Of a DNA stretch of 64,000 bases, positions 41,401 to 52,900 are shown piece after piece; position 1 is the first letter of the stretch; the number at the start of each line of letters is the position of its first letter. The position numbers and the translations under genes are program-made. The stretch is from Balanoglossus misakiensis (lineage: Eukaryota; Animalia; Hemichordata), in the NCBI GenBank assembly GCA_040954595.2, contig CM082577.2:5878301-5942300 (forward strand), written 5' to 3'. Under the pieces are notes generated by a model. The model saw only the letters and a program-made list of their open reading frames with translations, searched no databases and was not told the origin of the DNA.

Positions 41401-42460
41401 GCGAAATCTCAAAATTTCGTCAATTTTTGAAAAAATCATGGGTTATAGCTCATGAAAATCATCAAAAAATGACAATTTTTCGACTTTGCGAAATCTCAAA
41501 ATTTCGTCGATTTTTGAAAAAATCATGGGTTATAGCTCATGAAAATCATCAAAAAATGACAATTTTTCGACTTTGCGAAATCTCAAAATTTCGTCGATTT
41601 TTGAAAAAATCATGGGTTATAGCTCATGAAAATCATCCAGAAATGACAATTTTTCGACTTTGCGAAATCTCAAAATTTCGTCGATTTTTGAAAAAATCAT
41701 GGGTTATAGCTCATGAAAATCATCCAGAAATGACAATTTTTCGACTTTGCCAAATCTCAAAATTTCGTCGATTTTTGAAAAAAATCATGGGTTATAGCTC
41801 ATGAAAATCATCCAGAAATGACAATTTTTCGACTTTGCGAAATCTCAAAATTTCGTCGATTTTTGAAAAAATCATGGGTTATAGCTCATGAAAATCATCA
41901 AAAAATGACAATTTTTCGACTTTGCGAAATCTCAAAATTTCGTCGATTTTTGAAAAAATCATGGGTTATAGCTCATGAAAATCATCCAGAAATGACAATT
42001 TTTCGACTTTGCGAAATCTCAAAATTTCGTCGATTTTTGAAAAAATCATGGGTTATAGCTCATGAAAATTGTCAAAAAATGACAAAATCTTGACATTGCG
42101 AATTTTGGTGATTATGTCATTTTGGGGCGTTTTTCATGGGTTATAGCTTATGAAAATGTCAAAAATGACAAATTTCAGACTTTGCGAATTTTGGTGATTT
42201 TGTCATTTTGGGGCGTTTTCCATGGGTTATAGCTCATGAAAATTGTCAAAAAATGACAAATTCTTGACGTTGCGAATTTTGGAGATTTTGTCAATTTGGA
42301 CGTTTTTCATGGGTTATAGCTAAATGTAATGTTTGACATTCAAGTTGTTTCGCCTCAAAATTGAGCGAATTGGTTCAGGTGTGTTTGACTACGAGAAATG
42401 ATTCTGGAGCACGGATTCCAATCTGTAAGGACTCCCATGCTCGCCCGCGGGGACTAATAA
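29401..42460 (-). mobile_element. Putative non-autonomous Helentron-associated (HINE/DINE-like) element whose internal tandem repeats form the satellite
   Basis: Minus-strand 5' end TTATTAGTCCCCGCGGGCGAGCATGGGAGTCC. Subterminal inverted pair GCGGGGACT (42447-42455) / AATCCTCGC (29418-29426, 7/9 match) with an adjacent short stem-loop ATTGAC-TGTAA-GACAAT. Internal tandem repeats; no TSD seen. Family assignment is by architecture only. Confidence 0.45.
29670..42321. repeat. Satellite array, 87/88-bp monomers (~12.6 kb; roughly 138 core monomers plus diverged flanking monomers)
   Basis: Core consensus TCATGGGTTATAGCTCATGAAAATCATCAAAAAATGACAATTTTTCGACTTTGCGAAATCTCAAAATTTCGTCGATTTTTGAAAAAA from ~30050 to ~42069. 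An 88-bp variant (CCAGAAATG...TTTCTTCATTTTTTTGAAAAAACCATG) appears from ~33400 on. Diverged monomers lie at ~29670-30050 and ~42070-42321. Confidence 0.98.
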
Positions 42461-45400
42461 AATTCAGCGTGAACGCAGAAAACCGTTGTGTGTGTGTACC
42501 TTATACGAGATCTTCTGATTGTGATTAATTTGCATTAGTAGGTATATCACTGCAAGTATAGGAAATGCAATCTCTGGGGCGAGAACCTGGACAGGGTTGC
42601 TCTCTTATGACATAAGTGACGCCATGGTATTTCACATCAGAAACCGTGTCATGATCAGGTTTGGTATACGAGTTGGTCCATTTTTCGGTTGTGTTTTTAT
42701 TTGTTACCTGCATGTTATCAGTATATTCATATTTTATTTGTGTATTCATTCAGGAGTTAGATTCATCTAAAATGCAGCTACAACGATCCGGAAAAGATTT
42801 ACCCCCCTTTCTTTCTTTCTTTTACCATATGAGAATGTCAGATACTAGCGTTTTATCCTAGTCGCGTTGAAGTCTTCATCTTGCACTGATACTCCCAAAG
42901 CACTCAAAACGTGTGCAAATATTTGCCTGTTAGAGCAAATGCCAATTTTACGTAAAAAACACGACATAATTGAATGCATGGCGTACTTTGAGCAAAGTAC
43001 AGTCACACTAAGATTTTGACTAAGAACTTTGCGATTCTGACAAAGTAGGTTTGGAGAACTATCATTTTTCTCCGTGGAATCGTAGGCCTATTCTACCTTA
43101 ATAAAACACCGCCCAATTTTGCCTGACTTAATAATACATATAAATGACAGTGACAAATCGATACATATTTTCAAGTGCAACGATAAAATACTTCGACCTT
43201 CTTCCGGAAACTGTCGTATCGGTCATTTATCGTAGATTCTTTTGCGAATAATGCCTCAGTCCACTCTCTCTGTGAATACAATATGGCAAAAGCATTAGTT
43301 TGAATCTGAAAGTGAAAAAGCATGAAAACACCGTGAAATGACGCCGCAACCGAGGCCTTAAAACCGATATATCTTTTTTGAGCATTATACTTGTGGTGGG
43401 ATCGGGGGGATTTTGCACCAGCGGTTACAACTCCCTCTGGGAAATAATCACTGATCAACACACCAAATGTAGAACGTCCGCCAAATCGTAGAAATCTCGT
43501 GGGGGCGCCGGAAAGTAAATCAATTTACCGATGTTTCTTTTTCCGAAATTGACTCAATTTGTTTCATATTTCTGATCATCAAATAAAACCGATCGCAGCA
43601 ACAGAAAATGAGTTCTGGCAGTGAATGGGGAATTGGAGATGTCCTGCCGTTTCGAATTTGTGTAATCCGCTAAAGGTCAACCTATGAGAGATTTTTGTAG
43701 TAATTACCGCGGGCGCGTCAACTTTCTTCGCATAGGAATGTTTCGATGGGTTAAAGGAGTTAAAATTATATAGTCATGTAGGCAAATTCAGTCTCCGTTG
43801 CTATGGAAAGCGGCCAAAATGTGAGGAAATCATGTTCTGGTTTTTATCGCACTTCCTTAAATTTTCGCGAAATTTCTAAGGATACCACTTGCAAATATTT
43901 ATTGGTTCTTTTAGACTTGGTTTGTTTGTTGAAAACTTTTCCTCGAAATTCATCCGCGAAATATTTGAGTGCTAAAAATCCACTGAGTCTACATTCATAA
44001 CGATTTAATACTTTCCCCTCTGGAAGTATATATTTCAAATACCGTGGTATAGTTTGATTCATAAGCAAAGGGACACGTCCGCGTACGTTCGGTTGCAGCA
44101 GACTTGGCGATTTTTGACATCAGGAGCGTCAATTATTTTCCAGGTTAATTGACTACTGTCGGCACACAGACACTTGACGGAGCCCTCCCGCGCCGCCCGC
44201 AGCCAGCAGCGGTTCAGCTGGTGTTAACATCCTGTCCAGCAGCGAACTCGCCACGAACTAAATAAACATATCAGGAAAACTGTTATTGGATTGTGAAATA
44301 TTAAAACTGGAGGAAAGATCGGGTATCTAAGGTTAGTAATAACTCAGCATTTCTTTTCTATCCGTCAAATATATGGTGTTTTTGAAATTGCACGTAGCAG
44401 GTGCGGTGACGGCGGAGTCTATATTAAATTTTTCTTGACAAGAACAACTCATCAATAGTTGCATGGGAGAATGTAGGTTGCTGGGGCAGCTGTCACACAT
44501 GGGAAAGATCAGACTGCAAATTAGTCCTCCTTCCTCGGTAATCTGTCTCAATCATTTTCTGCTCTCTGTCAAACTAGTTTTCTGGAAAATGTATTGAATT
44601 CTTCTTGTTTGAATTTCATCCGTTTGGGACTTTATTTCCCCCCGGACTTGATTTGCCCGTCCTGTGCATGTTTTGTTGGTGCCAAATGATTTCCTTCCGG
44701 CGAGTTGGAGTTGTCCGGGGCCGGCCGGGGGTGAACTCGTCAAACCCGTCTGTCATCAAGACGCGGAGGGACACTGAGATATGCGGCTCATTACATGGCG
44801 ACAGATCAATGCGCGCTTGGCCGCATTTGCGGTGAGGCGTGATGTGGGTTAGGTTTTGGTCAAGTTTTCGTTTCTTGCGAAGATAGAAGCTGCTACTGAG
44901 ATGATCCTGTAATAGCGTGACCCATTCATATGACATGGACGACACACCAAGCCAAGATTTTAACGTTTAGAACACCCCAGGCTTTGACGTCATCTCATAC
45001 TAATCGTTGCGCCCCCAGCGACTGACTCTTTGTTCAGAAAACCACATTATGATATTACACTTCAGATACGTACAACGTCCTGGGCGTTTTTTGTTATCAG
45101 TGACGCCATTAGTTAACCGGAAATACGTGTACAGCTACTTCCGCTAGCCTCCCCCTTTCTTCTACGACTAATGTAGGTAACGCTCCGGGATAATATTCAT
45201 CAATATTAGATCCACATTGTTTGTCTGTAATTCCCACACCTCGGATCAAATCCCACGTAAGATTATCCATATTTCATTTTGACATTTAGTTTCAATTCTT
45301 CTCAATAAAATCGAGATCTCCTCTTGTTTGTATGACCGATAAAATGTCAATGACCGAATTTTAAAGTATTCGGTGACGTCAGTTGTAGGTATGAGATCGA

Positions 45401-48400
45401 TCTGTTCTGAGAACGAAAATACATTCAACTCAAGTCATTTCTTTTTATCCGAATCTCTGCGTTCTGTGGTATTGATCGTGTCAGTTGATTTACACGTCTG
45501 ATTAGATATATTGCCATTTGTAAATATTGCTTAAAAAGTAGACAGGGTGGAAAATCATCAAAATTAATAGTGATCTTTCGTAATTCAACAAGTACTCCAC
45601 TGCGAAATTCAAGTTTAACAGCATGTTTCGAAAATGGCAGCTTGCATATGGCGGATGTTAAGGAATAAAGCACACGCCTACATGTTTAACACGCATGCAG
45701 GTGCTGATGGTGATATATTGCAGCATCACGGCATAGATGGAATTCGAATAATATTTTCAAATTATAGCAGATTTATTAAGTGCGGCGTCTAACCAACGCG
45801 TCCAGGGGACATTCCTGCGCGAATTTAATTAAACGCCAAAATGTATGAGAATGAGAAGGTGAGACAGCGTGAGATGTCTTTTGTCAGAACATGAAACGTT
45901 GTAAAATCAGGTGACACGCAGGCAACTGACTTCAATCCTGACGTCTGGGAACAAAAGCAATGATATACGGTTAATACCGAGACTGGACCTTTCACAACAC
46001 CGTGTGAACAAAAACCTGGAAATTCATCAGAACGTGTTTTGGGTCTTTTCCTCCACAGAACACAGTTTACTCTGCAATGGCGAGCATATAATTAACTCTG
46101 GATAATTAACCCCAAAAATGTGCATCTAGAGTATTTAACATTCCAATCGCTCGGGAAAGAGCCTGAAAGACAAATATGTAGTTAATTACAGAAGAATGTC
46201 GATATTGTGTAGTGTTTTAATTTGGGAATTCATTTTGCAGAGACAAATCTCCACTAGAAAAAAAAATGATTGAGAGAAAATTAGCTTCACTCGTTGGTCG
46301 CCAGTTTTGTTCTTCACCCCCCCCCCCCTCCAAGGCACATGGTTCTTCCCTTACGGAACTTTCTGTAATTACTTCTGTTAATAGTTATACTGTGGAAGTA
46401 ATCATTTCTCTGAGAGGCCATAAGTTGGTTATTCATGTCAAATTATAAAATGAATTATCTGTAAAACCTGATACCTTTCTTTGTCTTCGGATCCAGCTGT
46501 TGGAGAAATGGATTCACAAACTTCATTACATACAAAGTAGTACCAGACGCTATTAATATATAGCAAAAAATGTGAAATAGACAAAGGAAATATATTCGAT
46601 ATTCGATTCTGCTCTTTCTTATTATAAATAGCCTAAACATGTTCACTACGCGGTAAACGCTTTATTAAAATATTTCCGTCACGGTGGAGATTGAGTCTTC
46701 TCGGAATAATTTATGTCGTCCGTCGTTCATTACCCGCTCTCCATCAGGAAAGCTGTACACCCTTTCTGGAGACTATTAATCATGTCTGGGCACATATTAA
46801 GATAAAACGCTGACATTTATTCCTTGTGAATTTGCTCGCTTCCAGACCTTGGATGCGTTCAGAGGGAATGAATTGTGAAGGCCCAGCCATGAACTTGGTA
46901 AGATTCTTTTCAGAGGAGATACTAAACTAGGCTAGGCCTTCTGTGTGGTAATCGACCAAGCTGAAAAACCATGCGCGCGCTTACATCTTACCCGGGAACA
47001 ACGCCTCCGCTTTGCAGCCATGTACAGAACATATTGCAACGATTTTAGGATAATATTTAACGAAAGTAAACATCAGTTCATTGCTAATTTACTACGACAG
47101 GTTTGCAGGTTTGTTCTTTAATTTACTATGTCAATTGCAAACATTAATTGTCTTGGCGGCAACATGCATGAAGAGCTCGGTACATAAATTATTGGTTTCC
47201 AAACATCTCGTGTTTTTTTTTTGCCTGATTGGAACTAACATGTTAACAAATTTATAAACATATTTTGGTAAGTTATTCATTAGCAATACATTGCTGTTTA
47301 ATTTCGTCATTTTAAATCTTAAATGAAGTGTAAATACACTAGGACTCTTGAGAGTGGGCCTTTTTAGATTAACTGTTCATTTTGGAGCTCTTCTCCACTC
47401 CGAAATGTCTGGTCATCACGTGACAACTCCGACCTTTAGCAGAGTTGACTTCATACGGCGGTGTCATCCGCCTCATCCCCGCACGCACTTCACCCTGCAG
47501 GTGCCACGGCGCTGCACTGGCGACGATTGTTAATTTCACAGCATCGAAAACATTCCGTGCAGTTTGACTGTAGTCCGCGGGATACCATCAGCGTTAAACA
47601 TTTGCACGGACTGTCAACTTTTCGCCGGTGTCGCCATGGTGACGCGAACGTTTGTGAAGTGGGCGGAAGTGCTAAAACCAAACTATCAACAATACGTTAT
47701 GTATTAACGTTCTGCTGCGCTGGTGTTACAAAAAAAGGAAAATTGACTGCGTTATTAGAATGCTCCGTTCGAGTGTCGAGCCCACACGTGTCCGTTTGAT
47801 GTGCTGAATGGGAGAGAGAACTGACGCGTTTCGTCACGTTTGCAGGTAAGCGTTGCAAAGAGGTGACAAGCTCAGAAGATCTTGCTGTAATGCTCTCTTT
47901 TCGTGTAGTCTGGTGAACGGTAGCACGCGAAAGACGTAGACACGCGAGCTTTGTATGGGGAGTATGCAAGCGTTGCCGTGGTCGTGTCAAGGATGGTTCT
48001 AAAAAAGGAATATCATACATTTTAAAGGGGATCTTTCCATTTTGCCGGATATCATTTCCTGACAACGTGTCGTTTCATCGTGGCGCGTGCCTGACTCAGT
48101 AACACCGCTGTTCTGTCACATTTTCCTTCAGCCCACCGCCGGCGAGCCATGCAAGTTCATCTGCGCGTCAACCATTATTTCGCCGGGAGCAAAATGCTTG
48201 ATAAACATTCGCGTATTTAATTCAGTGTGGTTTATTTTTAACTTCTTTGTCCCTCTTAAGTGATATTTTCGATCTGGAAGATAACACATTTTGTACATTG
48301 AAACAGAAACCCCACGAACTCATTCGCACTCGTATAGGTGCGTACAAGTACATAGTGTACTATCGTAGGAGAAGAAAATCGATTTGTGTATTTAACTTTC

Positions 48401-49075
48401 ATTCAAACCCGGATGATTACCTTAAACGTATCTTTCTGAATTGAGGTTAAATTTCCAAACGAGTGGCGCAAATCAAACTCTGTGTATTAAAACCTGCGAG
48501 ACAGAAATTCAAATAACTCGAGAATTTCAATACGCACCGGTCTAAAGCAGCGGAACATGCACTACACAACTTGTCTTTTGCTGAGAATCGTAAATAGACC
48601 AGCCCACTAGTCGCTTTGCGATTTTGTCTCTATAAAGACTCTTAACTAATTTAGTTGTTCGCTATCTCTCAATATTGCACCTTACTTTTCGTGGGTCTGT
48701 TTGCCTTGGGTGAGTTTTGGTACTGGGTTTTAGTCAATCAACAAGTAGCGCATGCGTAACAGAAGCGTCCACAAAAAGCGCTTCTCACTCATCGCGTGTG
48801 CAGAATTGCTCCGTTCCCTAGCAACACTAGCTGGTGTCCGGGAAAAATAATCATGGCGTGTGCTGATAAACACCCACTGCACGGTTTCAATTTGCGCGAT
48901 AAAAAAAGTACAGACAATCTCGATATGGTATGAAACCCGCACTTCGAAAAAGGAAGATAAATGTTTATTTCTGACAAGCTATTATAGGATATAGGATACA
49001 ATTTATCTCCCTCGATGCAGATCGAACCAAACGCCGCCCACCGCACAACGTTCTGAGATAAAGCTACTGGTGTAT

Positions 49076-49211
49076 TATACTCTCTCACAGCCCACGGTTC
49101 GCTACAAGGCTCTTCACTGATGCGCCCTCAACTGTTTATCAAAGGAGTAGCCCCACATGCAATCAGTCCATAAGCCTGCATGGACGACGAGAGGGGCTGT
49201 GAGAGAGTCTA
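49076..49211. mobile_element. MITE, 136 bp, 9-bp TSD (same family as 58451-58594)
   Basis: TIRs TATACTCTCTCACAGCCC / GGGCTGTGAGAGAGTCTA; exact TSD CTGGTGTAT at 49067-49075 and 49212-49220; reverse-complement match to 58451-58594. Confidence 0.9.
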
Positions 49212-49832
49212 CTGGTGTATATGCAAGTGATTTCACCATGATAATGTGAGGAGTAATACTCGAGTCAGAACCGAAGATCATTCTGACTGGCCAGTTCCAC
49301 TTGACTCTGACTCTGAGGTTTATCACGAAATTGGACAGAAGCTTTGTAAACTGCAAGCTTTGTATGGCTGCTTTTAGGGATAAAGTGTACGATAGTTTCG
49401 TAAGTTGATGATGAACGCAGAATTCGCTCACCCGGCACCAGGGCAAACGCCCTCCAGTGGTGAAAACCGCACTTCCAATATTTACGATCCGCGCCAGACC
49501 CCAATGCACAATGTGAAAGTGTGTGTTTCTCCCGATCGCACTGAGCTCAGAATTTAGCCAGGGGTGTTTCGATCTGTTTAGACTAATGGGAACTGTACTG
49601 CTTTAATTGCGAAAAAAATCATAGCCATTCAGTGTTGACGCCGCAAGGCTTAGGGGGCCAATGAGCCGGATCTAAGGAGCTGCATTGGAAAGGGTCTGTC
49701 AACCCTGTTATTTGAAGACGCGTTGTATAAGAGGTACATCGCTCATCCTTGTTTAAATTATTACACGTCTTCAATTTGTGTTATAACAATAATAGAAGTT
49801 TGCTTATAGCATTGATCACAGAGAATATGTGC

Positions 49833-49836
<4 letters not shown>

Positions 49837-49879
<43 letters not shown>

Positions 49880-49921
49880 GTCTGTCTGTCTGTCTGTCCT
49901 GTCTGTCTGTCTGTCTGTCTA
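49837..49921. repeat. Compound (TATC)n(TGTC)n microsatellite
   Basis: Direct reading of the sequence. Confidence 0.95.
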
Positions 49922-52900
49922 TGTGCAGAACTGCAGATCTGTGTATCTATGCAAAATCTCCTTTTATGATAATCGCAATACGTTTCAACAAATTAACGTT
50001 ATTATGGAACAGCCACAGTGCCCAAGCATTATGTATCCCATAATTACATGTATTAGCTCTGGGTAATTTGAGTATAGTTTTTAGCTCGCTGTGATACTTG
50101 TAGGAAAAGCATACCACACGCAGCGCATTGAGTCCTTGTCGCGTGCCGTCATTCAACTAATGTTGCTGCGGCTGAAATTGCGATGCTTTCCACCGAAAAG
50201 TGCTCGGAAAATTGGTGTTAGAGTTTCCCAAAGCGCTGCGCGACCCTGGCATGCTCGTTTGAGTGCATACGACGCAAAGCCTATACCCCGGGGCTACTAA
50301 AAAACACCCCGTTTCCATGGAAATACAACCATGACCTTTATCTTATTTGCACTCCGCGCAATTAGGCGTCGAAATGGTAGAACTATTGGGGTCCCGTTTA
50401 ATATTTTACATTACGTTAAAGCCAGCCGTGGGGCGTAGTGGAGCCCCGTGGAAGGGAATGCTGTATACGCTGGGGTATTGGTTTTCATTTCACTCATACA
50501 ATGATCCTGAACTGTAGCCTTCATTAAACAGGTAGGCGGCATTGATAAGTATAATGAGAAATCCTACATTTGCTTTTAGTTGTTTTTGCCCGAAGATCTG
50601 CTTATTCATCCATATAAACTGACAAAAAGGAAAAAGGGCTCCTCAACATCAGTAGTTAGAAGCTCTCTTTTTACTAATCAAGGACGCGAATTTCGATATT
50701 CTGTTTCGCTGACGTCTTTGAAAGACTGATTGCCTGGTTTCACTGGCTTTTGTTCAGCGGTATTTCAGTCGGCTAAGTTGTTTACCGCTTAGCGAGAGCT
50801 GCGGCCACAGTTTAGTTATACGTGTATGTGTACAATATTTGAGTCGAAAATGCCGCGACTGCGTTACCGTTGGGATAACAGTGCATTGATGAACCTCGTT
50901 TTATTACGCGTATTTTGTTTCGATCAAAGGCGGTTGCACATTGTGTGTCAGTATGCAAAATTAGGAAATTATTTACGACATGTAGGTCGAAGAATCTAAA
51001 AAAGTCAAGGTGAAAATGATTCTCAAAAATTGATTAAGTAGATAGAGGGGGTTGTTCACTTTTTGTGAAAATTATTTAACGTGTAGGGCTTACATGTTTA
51101 TGGCACTCTTGAACGACTTACTTTTTTCAAATTGTGTCCTTAAACACGGCCACTCCGTGACCCGGACTGGGTTCGCCAATCTCGCCGAAATTGCAGTGAA
51201 ATGGCGAGCGTACTTCTCACAGGATCATGCATAACGAGTGAGTGAACGTCACCAAAATCATCATGTCGGACTTAGTTAACCAGAAGAAAAAAAAACGCTC
51301 CCAAATTAAGCAAATTTCAGTGACTGCATGCAATACTTGCCTAATAGCTTACATCCCATCATTTCACTAAATAGCGTTATTTGTGGTCAATTTACATTTC
51401 CAATACCCGGTAAAGGTCGCGCACGGTCCTTACCGCGGGAAAATTACACAAATAAGAAATGAACTAAATGGGCAGCGGCTCGCCGTTAGACGCCCAAATG
51501 TCGCTTGGCGCAAACATGGGTGGAGACGGATGAGTTCTCTGTCAGGGAGGTTCGAGTTTTCTGTTCCTGTTGAACTAGATATGGGGGCGGGAGTGATTAT
51601 TTCTACAGATCGAGTTTACGCGAAGTATTCCGACTCTGCAACTACCGCAGCTGCGCAGGCGCGTTTCAATTCTGCTTCCGGTTCCGGTTGTGGTCCCTAC
51701 TATATATTCGGTAACGCCTTCTATTGGTAACTCATATGAAGGCAACAGCCACGTGATAAAAAGTTACCACTGGGCGACTTCTGGATTTCAAGAATGGCTG
51801 ATTGGACGAAGAGAGAAACCCCGAACAGGCCTTTTAGTGACGACCAAATGACATTTCGCAAATTTCAAAAGTTTAATCCTAAAGTGCAATTGTGACAAAA
51901 TAACAAGAACCTTCGTGCCAAGGAATACCATGTTGTTGTAAGACAGGAAAACGAGAAATTCCCAAAAGAGGAAAATGTATTAGTCTCCCGACATTTCATC
52001 GACAGGGACTGTGTAAACACGACGGCCCTGATCTGATATGCTGTAATCACTAAATTGATTTGAATTGGCCGAAGTGGATTGGGAATATTGTGAAAGGGGA
52101 ATTTCGGCTCTGGAAGTAATTTACACCATTGGGTCTCCAATTATATCTGACACGCTCTGAAACAGGTGATATCGCTTCTGTGTAATTTTTGGCCCGATTG
52201 ATGTGATGTGATCTATGGCGTGTTATCGCGAAACGCGGCACGCTCGGCGATGAGCACAACATGTTGGAGACGCGTCCAAAATTGTTCATTACTGTGTCGG
52301 CAGCGATTTGGAATACCCCGGGTGAAAGGCCGCCGGAGAGACGGGTGGAAAGCGCAGCAGCAAATATATCAGCCGGACATGCGGCGGAATCGCTCTCAGT
52401 AATCACCGTTGCTGGGCAGAAACCTCTGCGCGACCCTTCGCCACTGGAAAGTAGTAAAACACGCAAGCTGTCAAATGATTGTGATAAGTGTAGCGTAGAG
52501 ATGTACAACCGATAGGCTGAATTTTTAAAAGATGATTCTATAATTGAAAAAAAAACCACGTCATTGTTGCTGGCACGCGTGGATTTTTTTCCTCTCCGAT
52601 GAATTGGCGCGTTCCACTGGAGATCTTTTATTTTTCTCGAAGTCATTCTGTAACTCTCGCCTGGCAGGCAGCTCACCTATTTTCAAATGACGGCACTTTC
52701 CAAAGCGCGGCGTTCCAGCTGTGCGTTACAGTCAAAGGAATTTGATCACAATTGCTGACTGCATTGTGAGTCGGACAAATTTTTGCGAATGTTACTGCGA
52801 CTATTTTTTTATTAATAACTTTTCACCGCGTTCATTCTCGCCATACACAGTCTGCAGAGAGAAACGTCATTTGGTGTTCACAGAAATTGCATGCTTGGTA

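Noticed and set aside
30050-42069. CRISPR-like array (palindromic repeat at regular spacing)
   Set aside because: Sequences between the dyads are near-identical rather than unique spacers; eukaryotic context; no cas genes.
30050-42069. CENP-B box in the monomer (TTTCGACTTTGCGAAAT)
   Set aside because: Spacing between TTCG and CG is 6, not 7, and the required A and CGGG of NTTCGNNNNANNCGGGN are missing.
30035-42093. Long ORFs of a repeated 29-aa peptide (MTIFRLCEISKFRRFLKKSWVIAHENHQK), up to 483 aa
   Set aside because: A by-product of an 87-bp (3n) monomer with one stop-free frame. Frequent 88-, 89- and 73-bp monomers break the frame, variants show no synonymous bias, and there are no splice or promoter signals. 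Only ribosome profiling or proteomics could revive it.
52050-52676. 208-aa minus-strand ORF
   Set aside because: Non-ATG start at a donor-like site, no recognisable domain, composition like non-coding GC-balanced DNA.
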